Assembly (NCBI GenBank): GCA_965279515.1
Contig: CBDIID010000003.1
Coordinates: forward strand, 4,320,001-4,384,000
Reading direction: 5' to 3'
From: Turneriella sp.
GTDB lineage: Bacteria > Spirochaetota > Leptospiria > Turneriellales > Turneriellaceae
DNA length: 64,000 nt
Shown here: positions 9,477 through 18,845 of the stretch, one piece after another
How the letters are laid out: every line of letters begins with the position of its first letter
Numbering within the stretch: position 1 is the first letter of the stretch
Made by a program: the position numbers and the translations under genes
Notes under the pieces: generated by a model
Seen by the model: only the letters and a program-made list of their open reading frames with translations
Told to the model about the DNA's origin: nothing
The model's database searches: none

Positions 9477-10195
9477 AGTTTGAACGCAACGATATTTTTA
9501 CCGGTCTCTTTGTCCTCGTAGGCACCGTATTCGGTCTTTCTGTGCTGCTCTTTATCGCGGGTTATAACCTGCTCGATGACCGTACCGAATACTGGGTGCG
9601 CTTTGAGAAACTTGCGGGTGTCAAAAAGGGCACCCAGATGAAGATCAAGAATTTTACCATCGGCGAAGTCAAGGAAGTCGTGCCTATATACGGCACTGAC
9701 CTGCACTTCAAGGCCCGTGTCCTTATTAATAAAGAGTTTGCGATCTACCAGGGCACCAAGGTCACCATTACGAATCAGAACGTCATCGGCGACGCAGTGA
9801 TCGACCTGACGCCTTCGCTGGTTAAAAAATATATCCTGAAACCCCATGATACACTCTTTGCCACGAATATTGTCAACCTCGAGCAGATGGTGACGCAGAT
9901 CTCGAATCTGGTGGCGACGATCAATAAACTCGTGGATACTTTTGCGGCGCTGGCCGGCGACAATAAGAACGACGTCAAAATGATTCTCACTAATCTCAAC
10001 GGTTCGATTGCGAAAATCAACGGCTTACTCGATTCATCGCAGGGTGAAATTGTCGCGATTATGCGCAATATCCGCAGCACGTCGAGCACGCTCGACAAGT
10101 TCACGAAAGATCTCGCAAAAAACCCGATGATGATTCTCAACAAGAAGGGGCCGGGCGGGGTTGATGCGCCTGGCGAAGCCGCGGCGCTGCCGTAG
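9473..10195 (+). CDS. MlaD/MCE family protein
   Basis: N-terminal TM helix (TGLFVLVG), F..LAGVKKGTQMKI..IGEV, VIGDAVIDL, helical C-terminus ending LAKNP. Confidence 0.85.
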   Translation: MKFERNDIFTGLFVLVGTVFGLSVLLFIAGYNLLDDRTEYWVRFEKLAGVKKGTQMKIKNFTIGEVKEVVPIYGTDLHFKARVLINKEFAIYQGTKVTITNQNVIGDAVIDLTPSLVKKYILKPHDTLFATNIVNLEQMVTQISNLVATINKLVDTFAALAGDNKNDVKMILTNLNGSIAKINGLLDSSQGEIVAIMRNIRSTSSTLDKFTKDLAKNPMMILNKKGPGGVDAPGEAAALP

Positions 10196-10203
10196 TCACT
10201 GCA

Positions 10204-10602
10204 TTAATTAACCACGGCGGCCCGGCGGGCACGGCGAATTTGCCAGAGCCCCACTGCGAAGCTAATCAGCGCGCCCAGGAACTCGCGGCCCAGCTCAATA
10301 TAGGGTTTTTCCGCCGTCATCTTCGCGGTGATCAGGTTTTCCTTACCGAACCTGATCCATGTCAAAAAGCCATCCCCCGTCATCGCCATCTCAATGACGG
10401 CCATGCCGATGAGCGCATAGAGCAGGCCAACCTTGTCTTTCCCCATGGCCGCCAGCACGCAGCAGAGCGCTGAAGTCAGGTAGAGCAGCATCCAATGCAC
10501 CGGGTCGGGGTCATTGTATTGCACTGCCGCCGCAAAGAGAAAATAGAGGGTGAGTAGGATGGATACCGCGATGAAGAGTACGGAACGGGGGGGATTCGGC
10601 AT
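10204..10602 (-). CDS. TMEM220-family membrane protein
   Basis: AAVQYNDPDP.HW..LY and ELGREFLG motifs, four hydrophobic segments. Confidence 0.8.
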   Translation of the reverse strand: MPNPPRSVLFIAVSILLTLYFLFAAAVQYNDPDPVHWMLLYLTSALCCVLAAMGKDKVGLLYALIGMAVIEMAMTGDGFLTWIRFGKENLITAKMTAEKPYIELGREFLGALISFAVGLWQIRRARRAAVVN

Positions 10603-10764
10603 TGTTTAGGTTTTGGGGTCGATTTGGCGTGCCAAGTGGTTAATCGCTACCTCAATCGGGCACATATGTTCTTTTTTTGGCACCGCACCCCGCAAAAGTG
10701 ACATAAGTGTTCAGTGATTAGCGGTATTCCGCGGCACAAATAAGGCGTGAAGAGGATTTACTCA

Positions 10765-11685
10765 ATGAAAATCAAAGGAATATTGCTGGGGGCGGTTTTT
10801 TCCGGTTCACAGCTATTTGCCGGTTCCGGTGGCTCGACGCCTTCTCTCAATGGTTCTTATCCCATCGTGTTTTCACACGGTATGTTCGGCTGGGGTGCTA
10901 ACGACACCAGCTCACTGATCGGTATTTTTAAATATTGGGGCGGTATGGACGATTATCTGCGTTCACGCGGCGCTGTGGTCTATGCACCGGGTAAATCCGC
11001 GCTGCAATCGAATGCCTTCAGAGCGCAAGAACTCAAAGACAAAATCAACACATTCATGGCTGCGGGTGGATACTCCAAAGTTCACATCATTGGCCACTCA
11101 CAGGGCGGGCTCGATAGCCGCTACATGGTGGCGAATCTCAGCATGGCTTCGAAAGTTGCCACACTGACAACGCTCAGCACGCCGCATTATGGTGCGCCGA
11201 TCGCCGACGTGATTCTGGGCGTAGTGCCATCGTGGCTGTTGCCCTTCGTGAATACGACTGTGAATACACTCGTGAAAGTTGTCTGGGGCGGTAGCTCAAA
11301 CAACCTGACAGCGTCGCTGAGCTCGCTCACAACGACAAACGCCGCATCGTTCAATTCAACGACACCCAACTCAGGCTCCGTGAAGTATTACTCATACGGC
11401 TCTAAGGTGACATTGCCCGACCTGATCCAGCATCCGCTGATGGGGCTTCTGGTACCAGTTACCGGCGTCGGTGGTGTTGCGAAAGGCCAGGGCTTAGACA
11501 ACGACGGCCTCGTGCCGCTCAGCTCTGCGAAGTGGGGCACATGGAAAGGCAGCCCAAGCTATGGTATTCTGACTACGGGTCTCGATCACCTCGAAGTATC
11601 GAACACACTTTCTCTCGGCGAACCATGGTTCGATGTGCGGGCATTCTGGCTGACAATGGCCGTGAACGCCAAAACGAACCAGTAA
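10765..11685 (+). CDS. Secreted triacylglycerol lipase (family I-like alpha/beta hydrolase)
   Basis: Signal peptide, YPIVFSHG, IGHSQGGLDSRY, STPHYG, NDGLVP, LDHL. GAGG RBS before ATG 10765. Confidence 0.9.
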   Translation: MKIKGILLGAVFSGSQLFAGSGGSTPSLNGSYPIVFSHGMFGWGANDTSSLIGIFKYWGGMDDYLRSRGAVVYAPGKSALQSNAFRAQELKDKINTFMAAGGYSKVHIIGHSQGGLDSRYMVANLSMASKVATLTTLSTPHYGAPIADVILGVVPSWLLPFVNTTVNTLVKVVWGGSSNNLTASLSSLTTTNAASFNSTTPNSGSVKYYSYGSKVTLPDLIQHPLMGLLVPVTGVGGVAKGQGLDNDGLVPLSSAKWGTWKGSPSYGILTTGLDHLEVSNTLSLGEPWFDVRAFWLTMAVNAKTNQ

Positions 11686-11703
11686 TTTCTCCTAAAAACT
11701 GGC

Positions 11704-11740
11704 AAAAAATCCCGGTTCCGTCAGGGCCGGGATTTTTTTT
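11704..11740. terminator. Bidirectional intrinsic terminator between lipase and nth
   Basis: AAAAAATCCCGGTTC-CGTCA-GGGCCGGGATTTTTTTT: GC stem flanked by A and T tracts between convergent genes. Confidence 0.8.
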
Positions 11741-12392
11741 GTTTTAGCAAAGCCTTACCGCCGGGGCAAAATGCAAAAATTCCACAGGTATTGCATGCGG
11801 GCCGGCGCGCAATACAGGTTTTGCGGCCGTGGAAAATAATCAACAGCGGCAAATCACGCCATATTTCTTTGGGAAAAATCGCCATGAGTTCACGCTCGAC
11901 AATGATCGCGTTATCGCTCTTGGTAAAACCCAGGAGGCCTGCGATGCGCTTCACATGCGTGTCGACGGTGATGCCGGGCGCTTCGCCGAATGCCTCGGCC
12001 ATGATGACGTTTGCGGTTTTGCGGCCAATGCCAGGCAGGGTGGGCAGGATAGCAAAGTCGCGGGGGATTTTTCCACCATAGTCTGCGACAAGTATTTTGG
12101 CCAGGGCGACGATATTTTTCACCTTGTTGCGGAAAAAACCTGTGCTGTAGATGAGCTTCTCCACCTCGGAGACATCCGCCTGGGCAAATGCCGGCATGTC
12201 AGGGAAACGCGCAAAGAGCGCCGGTGTGACGAGGTTGACGCGTTCATCGGTGCACTGCGCCGAGAGAATCACAGCGATAGCCAGCTGCTCGGTGCTCTTG
12301 AAGGTCAGGGGGCAGGCGGGCGACCCGAATTCTTTGCGTAGCGTGTCGAAGACCTGGCGGGCGCGCGCCTTGAGCGCGGTGTTATTTTTCAT
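11721..12392 (-). CDS. nth: Endonuclease III
   Basis: ILSAQCTDERVN, HhH LPGIGRKTANV, VDTHV, FeS motif C-x6-C-x2-C-x5-C. Confidence 0.95.
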   Translation of the reverse strand: MKNNTALKARARQVFDTLRKEFGSPACPLTFKSTEQLAIAVILSAQCTDERVNLVTPALFARFPDMPAFAQADVSEVEKLIYSTGFFRNKVKNIVALAKILVADYGGKIPRDFAILPTLPGIGRKTANVIMAEAFGEAPGITVDTHVKRIAGLLGFTKSDNAIIVERELMAIFPKEIWRDLPLLIIFHGRKTCIARRPACNTCGIFAFCPGGKALLKQKKSRP

Positions 12393-14241
12393 CGGGTAAG
12401 AGTTCGTAGATTTTCACAGATTGCTGTTTTCCTTTCACGCGGATGGTATCGAGTTCACGGTTCGGCTGGTCTTTGCCGAGATTTTTTAAAACAGCATGGC
12501 TGATAACGATGGAGGCTGCGAATTCGCTGCAGAGATTTTCGATGCGTGAGGCGAGGTTGACTGTATCGCCGATGACTGTGCCCTCCCAGCGTTCGTTTTC
12601 GCCGATGGTACCGAGCCTGACGGAGCCTGTATGGATACCGATACCGATGTCGATCGGCTCATAACCCTGGGCTGTGCGGTGCTCATTATATTTAATCAGC
12701 TCTTCGCGCATCGCCAGGGCCGCATGCGCGGCGTTTTCGGGTGTGCCGGGAAATAACGCCATAATGGCGTCGCCGATAAACTTATCGATAAAACCGCCGT
12801 GGTCGCGTATAATCGGGCCCATGCGGCTCAGGTATGAATTCAGAAATTTGAAGTTCTCCTCTGGGTTCATTTTTTCGGAAAGCGAGGTGAAACTGCGGAT
12901 GTCTGAAAACAGGATCGTGATTTCGCGTGTCGTGGATTTGCCGAGCTCGAGCTTGGTAAAATCCGTTTCACCCGCCAGTTCAAGGAATTTTTGCGGTACA
13001 AATAACTGGAAGGCGCGGTTCATTTCGCGCTCGCGGTCGATGACCTGTTTTTGCGCCTGCTCCTTTTCGTCGCGCCAGATGTTGATCTTGTCCGCGAGCG
13101 CGAGGGAGAGAAGTATCACTTCGAGGGCAGAGCCAATTTGCGCAGAGTAGGTACTGACCAGCGAGTAGTTCAGAATGCCGAGGTTGCGCAGGGCGAGAAA
13201 AATAATGCCCGTGATGAGCGTAGTATAGGCGATAAGAAAGAAACGTGCGGCCTTTACTCTCTTAACGTATAAAGTTAGCCCCATAATGAACATCAGGAAG
13301 GCCGTTCCCATACCGCTGAAAATCCCAACGGTGATGAAGATGCGGTACGGTAATAAACCACCGACAAGCAGCGAGATAAATGTGAGAAAAGAAAGATAAC
13401 CTGAAATTCTGTATAACCACGGAATCAGAGACCTTGCCTGAAAAAATTGCGAAGCGAAAAGCAACTGAAAAATGGTGGCGAGATGGAGAAAAACCGGAAG
13501 CGCGTATTTTGCCATACGCGGAGATCCGGGCAGGATCAGTTCATGGAAAAAGCCCCAGAGCGCAAACTGGAACAACAGAAAAAACAGGATGTAGAAGACG
13601 TAGAACGCATACGAGCGTTCGCGTGTCGCGGCATAGAGGAACAGGTTATACAGCACCATGACAACCATGATGCCGAAATAGATCCCAAAGATCAGCTGCT
13701 CCTGCCGGTCGGCTTCGGTGAAATAAGTTTCCGGTATGAGCTTCAGTGGCACAAGCATGCTACCCTGGCTCATGAGGCGCATGAGAATGGTACCGCGTGG
13801 CGCACTGTCGGTATTTACCGGGAAAACGAAGTTATGGTGCACGATCGGCCGCGTGCTGACCGGAAAATCGCGGCCGGTGTGCCAGCTTTCGAGAATAAGC
13901 CCCCGGTCACTGAGAACACTGAACTGAATCGAATCAATGAGGGAGGCGATCTCGAGTATCAGTTTGTCGTCGGGAGCGCCCTCCGCGGAAAAGGGAATAG
14001 CCACCCATACAGCTTTTGCGGTGTACCCCAGCGAGAGCCGCGCCGATTCACTGCGCGTGAAATACCCCGCCTTCAGTAGCTCGAGTGCCTCATGCGGCAA
14101 TTGTTCATTATATTCCTCGATGTAGTAGTGGACTTTGCCTTTCAGGTCAAATTCACGCGCCGGCTTGTCGTACGCCGCGACGTCTGCGGCGTAATGCGCC
14201 CCGGTGGAAAAAAATACCGCAGCAAGCACCAAAGCGCGCAT
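12382..14241 (-). CDS. 7TM-DISM sensor class III adenylate/guanylate cyclase
   Basis: Extracellular domain, GIYFGIMVVMVLYNLFLY 7TM block, ILFSDIRSFT, DKFIGDAIMALF, GIGIHTG, TVIGDTVNLASRIE. Confidence 0.92.
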   Translation of the reverse strand: MRALVLAAVFFSTGAHYAADVAAYDKPAREFDLKGKVHYYIEEYNEQLPHEALELLKAGYFTRSESARLSLGYTAKAVWVAIPFSAEGAPDDKLILEIASLIDSIQFSVLSDRGLILESWHTGRDFPVSTRPIVHHNFVFPVNTDSAPRGTILMRLMSQGSMLVPLKLIPETYFTEADRQEQLIFGIYFGIMVVMVLYNLFLYAATRERSYAFYVFYILFFLLFQFALWGFFHELILPGSPRMAKYALPVFLHLATIFQLLFASQFFQARSLIPWLYRISGYLSFLTFISLLVGGLLPYRIFITVGIFSGMGTAFLMFIMGLTLYVKRVKAARFFLIAYTTLITGIIFLALRNLGILNYSLVSTYSAQIGSALEVILLSLALADKINIWRDEKEQAQKQVIDREREMNRAFQLFVPQKFLELAGETDFTKLELGKSTTREITILFSDIRSFTSLSEKMNPEENFKFLNSYLSRMGPIIRDHGGFIDKFIGDAIMALFPGTPENAAHAALAMREELIKYNEHRTAQGYEPIDIGIGIHTGSVRLGTIGENERWEGTVIGDTVNLASRIENLCSEFAASIVISHAVLKNLGKDQPNRELDTIRVKGKQQSVKIYELLPDEK

Positions 14242-14252
14242 GCCGCGATGAA

Positions 14253-14268
14253 CGGGGGAAATCCCCCT
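14253..14268. repeat. Short palindrome CGGGGGAAATCCCCCT (copy 1)
   Basis: Lies between the rpoD stop and the cyclase start. Differs by one base from 49831-49846. Confidence 0.5.
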
Positions 14269-14281
14269 TTGTAAAGAAAGT

Positions 14282-16237
14282 TTAGTTCTGGTCGAGAAAG
14301 TCTCTCAGGCGGCGCATACGCGTCGGTGCCCTGAGGCGCCTCAAAGCCTTCGCTTCAATCTGGCGTATCCGTTCGCGCGTGACCTTGAAGACGTAACCCA
14401 CTTCTTCGAGAGTGTGCGTATAACCGTCGTCGAGGCCGAAGCGCATGCGGATGACCTTTTGTTCACGTGCCGGCAGCGTAGCGAGAACCTGCTTCAGCTG
14501 CTCTGCGAGAATCGATTGCGCCGTGGATTGCAGCGGGCTCGGTGCCTTCTTGTCTTCGACAAAGTCGCCCAGCTCTGAATCTTCATCCTCACCCACAGGG
14601 GTTTCGAGCGATACCGGGTCTTTCGCGACGCTTTTGACTTGCTTGACCTTGATGACGGGCCAGCCTAAACGTTCGCCGATCTCATCGTCAGACGGCTCGC
14701 GGCCCGTTTCTTGCAGAAAGATGCGCGCTTCGCGGTTCACCTTGTTGATCTGTTCGATCATGTGCGAAGGAATGCGGATGGTGCGCGCCTGCTCAGAGAG
14801 GGCGCGTGTGATGGCCTGGCGGATCCACCAGGTCGCGTACGTCGAAAATTTATACCCCTTGCGGTATTCGAATTTTTCGACGGCACGCATGAGGCCAATA
14901 TTGCCTTCCTGGATCAGGTCGAAAAAGTGCATGCCGCGGTTCGCAAAACGTTTTGCGATAGAAACCACGAGACGCAGGTTGGCGTTGATAAGTTCTTTTT
15001 TCGCAGCGTCAATTTCACGACCACCGCGCGCGATCTTTTCGCCCCAGAGCAGAATGATCAGGGTGGGAGAGCCCGCTTCCTGTTCCATACGGCGCAGTTT
15101 GCGTTCGTTGTTACGAATATCTTTGATGATGTTTTTCACATCTTCTACAGTACAGCCGAGTTCGCGCTCGACGATGTGCAGATCTTCGTTGCGTTCGATA
15201 TAACGGTTAAAGGCTTTGATGCCTTTGACGTCGTGGCCATAACGTTCTTTGAGTTTCAGGAAGTGGCGTTTGATTTCCTTGATACGGAAAACCATGCTCT
15301 TGATTTTGTTGACGTGCTTCTGCAGTTCTTTCTGCGAAACGCCGACGCGGATGACGTGCTCGGCCGCGAGACCTTCGAGTTTGAGAATCTGTGCCCAGAC
15401 TTCCTGGTGTTTTTTACTCTTATGCGTGTAGCGTTTGAGTTTTGCTTTCAGAGACGAAATCTGTTTGTCAAAATCGGTGACGGGTTTGATTTCGCGCAGG
15501 AATTTTTCGCGCAGCTCTTTCTGTTCGTTCGTGCTGATGTAGTAAGTCTTCGATGCGCGCGCGATATCCGTGATGCGCAGCGTACCCTTGTCGATGCGGT
15601 TGTATGCCTTGATGAAGGCGCTGCGCAGCAACGACGAACGCAGAACCGCATCTTCGATGATGTTCTCGCCGCCTTCGATACGGCGTGCAAGTTCAACTTC
15701 TTTGTCGCCTGAAATGAGTGATATCTTACCGATTTCTTTCAGGTAGAGACGTATCGGGTCATCAGCGGCGCTGGCTCCAGCGCTGCCGGTGGATTTCTTT
15801 TTCTTCGCGGCAGCAGGACGGAATTCGGGCTTTTGCAGTAAAAGTTGCAGAGAGTCGAGGTCGTAACCGCGCGTCAGCATCTGCATCGCGAGGTCTTGTA
15901 TGGTCAGCGCGGCTTTATTTTCCGGCTGCTTGATTTCATAACCCTGTGCCTTGAGTTCGGTGACGAGTGCCTTGGGGACCTTTTGTTCTCCCAATGAGCC
16001 AAAATTGCCAGGGACTACGGCTGAAGAAGTATCGCCGCGGCGACCGACCTGTTTCTTCTCGTATTCTTCGACGATCTCAATGCCGTACTGGTTAAGCAGG
16101 ATAAAGACGTCATCGATCTTGTCCGAATTGGTGAGCTTTTCGGGCAGAATGTCGTTGATTTCGTCGTAAGTGATTTCGCCGTTGGCTTTGCCGATGTGGA
16201 TGATTTTCTGTATTTCCGGAAGTTGTTCGAGCTCCAC
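14282..16237 (-). CDS. rpoD: Primary RNA polymerase sigma factor
   Basis: Region 1.1 [91 protein letters not shown] start with GAGGAG RBS. Confidence 0.97.
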   Translation of the reverse strand: MELEQLPEIQKIIHIGKANGEITYDEINDILPEKLTNSDKIDDVFILLNQYGIEIVEEYEKKQVGRRGDTSSAVVPGNFGSLGEQKVPKALVTELKAQGYEIKQPENKAALTIQDLAMQMLTRGYDLDSLQLLLQKPEFRPAAAKKKKSTGSAGASAADDPIRLYLKEIGKISLISGDKEVELARRIEGGENIIEDAVLRSSLLRSAFIKAYNRIDKGTLRITDIARASKTYYISTNEQKELREKFLREIKPVTDFDKQISSLKAKLKRYTHKSKKHQEVWAQILKLEGLAAEHVIRVGVSQKELQKHVNKIKSMVFRIKEIKRHFLKLKERYGHDVKGIKAFNRYIERNEDLHIVERELGCTVEDVKNIIKDIRNNERKLRRMEQEAGSPTLIILLWGEKIARGGREIDAAKKELINANLRLVVSIAKRFANRGMHFFDLIQEGNIGLMRAVEKFEYRKGYKFSTYATWWIRQAITRALSEQARTIRIPSHMIEQINKVNREARIFLQETGREPSDDEIGERLGWPVIKVKQVKSVAKDPVSLETPVGEDEDSELGDFVEDKKAPSPLQSTAQSILAEQLKQVLATLPAREQKVIRMRFGLDDGYTHTLEEVGYVFKVTRERIRQIEAKALRRLRAPTRMRRLRDFLDQN

Positions 16238-16468
16238 TAAATCTCCTCTTTATATAACAGGCCTAATGGCTGATTATTACAATATCGGGTGCAAATTAAA
16301 TCCAAGTTAACCGCACCTGCCAGTTTTAATTTATGAGACACCGCATCAAGCTTTGTCAACCTTTATTAGCCATACGCCTGCGGCGTCTGCGCCAATGGGT
16401 CTCTCTTTATTAAAGTGCCTGCCCGCAAAGGCAGTGCCAGAATATGCTCAATGAGGCATAATGCCGGT

Positions 16469-18151
16469 TCAGGCCCGGCGCATGCGCCAGAAACGCAGGG
16501 AATACCAGCCGGCGACGACGAAGCTGAGCGCTGAAAGCACGGGGATATGCAGGCTGCGGCTGAGCGAAAGGTCGCCGCCGAGGGGGTTATCCGCCGATAG
16601 CAGAACCACACCCAGAATGACGGCTGCAAAAGGTATCCAAAGCTTCCAGATCGGCTCTTGCGGCTTTTTGTCGTTCTTTTTCTCAACCATCTCAATCTGG
16701 AATTTGCCGCTCGAAACCATGCCGAGGGTTTTCAGGATCGTGGCTGGCGCCTGTTCCAGGAAATCGAGGTAGTCGGGCAGGGCGCGCAGGATCGGTTTAG
16801 CCATGCGCACAGGAGAGATGCGGCCAATGAAGATTTCGCTCATCATGGGGAGTGAAACCTTTGCGAGATTCATCTGCGGATCGAGAATATAACCCACGGC
16901 TTCGATCGTGACGATCGCCTTGATCGCAAGCATGATGTCTTTGTTGAAATAGAGTTTATAACGCGCACCCATGTTCATGGAGTTGAGAATGAGCTTGCCC
17001 AGTGAATAATTCTTAAACCCGGCGCCTATCCAGCGTTTGCCGATCTCTTCAATCTCGGCGCGGAAGCCCGCGACATCGGAATGCGGCGTAGTTTCGGTGA
17101 GACCGACCATATACTTCGATGCCGTTTCAAAATCACGGATGATCAGGTAGTAGTAGTACAGGAACATTGCATTCATCGTCTTCGGAGTAAACTGGCCGAT
17201 CATTCCGAGGTCGATCATGCAGAATTTTTCGGTGCCCACGATGAAAATGTTTCCCGGATGCGGGTCGCCGTGGAAAAAGCCGTCGATGAAAAGCTGTTTG
17301 ATGACAACGCGCGCACCGAGCGCGGCGACGCGCGGGCCGTTGATGCCGAGCTTCTTCAGCTTCTCTGTGTCGTCGGGTTTTACGCCTTCGATGAATTCGA
17401 GGGTGAGTACCTTTTTTGTCGTGTATTCCCAGTAGATTTTCGGTAGAATAACGTCGGTGTCTTCTTTGAAATTTTCGCGGAAGATATCCGCATGCTTGCC
17501 TTCTTGATTGAAGTCGAGCTCTTTCATGGTATAATCAGAAAATTCCTGGATGAGTTTGCGCGGTTGGAAATCCTGAATGTAAGGAATCTGCTGCAGAACC
17601 CAGGCAAGGCGCTTCATGATACGAAGGTCGTTCGTCATGATCGGAATAATGCCGGGGCGCTGGACTTTGACGACAACCTTCTGGCCGTTTCTGAGGTAGG
17701 CGATGTGTGCTTGTGCGAGCGATGCAGCCCCGACGGGTTTGGGCGCGAATTCTTTGAAAATGTGGCGCAGTGGAACGTTGAATTCCTGCTCGACGACCAT
17801 CTTAGCTTCTTCGTAGCTGATGGGTGGCACTTTGGTTTGCAGGTTGCGGAGTTCGTAGGTAATCCGGCGTGGCAGGAGATCTTCACGTAGCGAGAGAATT
17901 TGCCCGAGCTTTACGTACGTTGGGCCGAGGCGTTCGATCGTTTGCCTCAGTTTCACAGGAAAGCGTATGATGCCCGCTGGTCGGCGAAGAATCAGGCGCA
18001 CGATGACGGCAAGAACGCGCCGGCTGAGCGAGCGCTTGCGCAGGCCGCGCGGGCGGTAGAGACTCGAGACGAGCATATCCAGCGAAAATTGGATAATAAT
18101 CGACGTCACTGCTAAGAGGCGCCGTATTTCTGAATAAGTTTTGAGGTTCAT
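16469..18151 (-). CDS. ABC1/UbiB (AarF) family kinase
   Basis: LGPTYVKLGQILS, AASLAQAH, VVVKVQRPG, FFHGDPHPGN, IDLGMIG, two C-terminal TM helices. Confidence 0.92.
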   Translation of the reverse strand: MNLKTYSEIRRLLAVTSIIIQFSLDMLVSSLYRPRGLRKRSLSRRVLAVIVRLILRRPAGIIRFPVKLRQTIERLGPTYVKLGQILSLREDLLPRRITYELRNLQTKVPPISYEEAKMVVEQEFNVPLRHIFKEFAPKPVGAASLAQAHIAYLRNGQKVVVKVQRPGIIPIMTNDLRIMKRLAWVLQQIPYIQDFQPRKLIQEFSDYTMKELDFNQEGKHADIFRENFKEDTDVILPKIYWEYTTKKVLTLEFIEGVKPDDTEKLKKLGINGPRVAALGARVVIKQLFIDGFFHGDPHPGNIFIVGTEKFCMIDLGMIGQFTPKTMNAMFLYYYYLIIRDFETASKYMVGLTETTPHSDVAGFRAEIEEIGKRWIGAGFKNYSLGKLILNSMNMGARYKLYFNKDIMLAIKAIVTIEAVGYILDPQMNLAKVSLPMMSEIFIGRISPVRMAKPILRALPDYLDFLEQAPATILKTLGMVSSGKFQIEMVEKKNDKKPQEPIWKLWIPFAAVILGVVLLSADNPLGGDLSLSRSLHIPVLSALSFVVAGWYSLRFWRMRRA

Positions 18152-18290
18152 GCCGCGGTAAACACAGTTAAATTAAGACCGCGCGAGACAAGAAATTTTC
18201 CGGCTGCGCTGTGGCAGCGTTTTGGAGAATTTCAGCGCAGTAGAGAGAAAAAAACGGGAATTTTTGGTATTTCTCTTATAGGAGACCTGC

Positions 18291-18827
18291 ATGCAATGTA
18301 GAAAACAGCCCCGGTTTTTGCAAGAGAAAGCCATCCCGATCGCCAATCTTTTAGAGGTGCGTTTGGCACCGATCCACTGGAATAAAATTAAGCTGGCAGT
18401 CTGGCAGCGTCGCCGCACGTATTCCACGATTACGCGGTACTGTACTTTGCGATTAGCCCGCAAGTGCTCACTCCGTTGGACGCCGAAGCTGCGGCAGGTT
18501 GCGGGGCAGGTGCGGGAGGGGCTTGCAATCGCGAAGGATATCCATCGCCATGTGATGTGCCTTTATGGAGAAGATGAAAAGATTATCCGTCTTGCGGCGA
18601 TGGAGTTGGGGTTGACCATCACCGCATTTGTTAGATTGGCGATAGAACTATACCTCCCGATGCTGGCTATGGAAAAACATAGCCAGGATTTAGTTACTAA
18701 TGATGAACTCACGTGGGAGGGAATTCGTGTTATTGAAAGCGTGCAAATCTTCGCCGTAAATGCCGGCTCCCGGCCATTTTACCGCAATCTAAGCTGCATA
18801 TACTTCGACGTTGAGAGTTACTGGTAA
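18291..18827 (+). CDS. Hypothetical protein, possible ribbon-helix-helix DNA-binding (DUF1564-like)
   Basis: GGAG RBS before the ATG; fills the gap between ubiB-like and pirin; IIRLAAMELGLTITAFVRLAIELY resembles RHH helices. Confidence 0.5.
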   Translation: MQCRKQPRFLQEKAIPIANLLEVRLAPIHWNKIKLAVWQRRRTYSTITRYCTLRLARKCSLRWTPKLRQVAGQVREGLAIAKDIHRHVMCLYGEDEKIIRLAAMELGLTITAFVRLAIELYLPMLAMEKHSQDLVTNDELTWEGIRVIESVQIFAVNAGSRPFYRNLSCIYFDVESYW

Positions 18828-18845
18828 CCCAAACGCGCCCGCAGT

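Noticed and set aside
10676..10696. TTGGCAC as a sigma-54 -24 box upstream of the lipase
   Set aside because: No GC at the required GG-N10-GC spacing.
14445..15712. Long plus-strand ORFs (252 and 333 aa) over rpoD
   Set aside because: Antisense shadows of a strongly conserved gene, with no motifs.
16366..16772. Small ORFs overlapping the 3' end of the ubiB-like gene
   Set aside because: Alternative-frame or antisense overlaps with no recognisable features.
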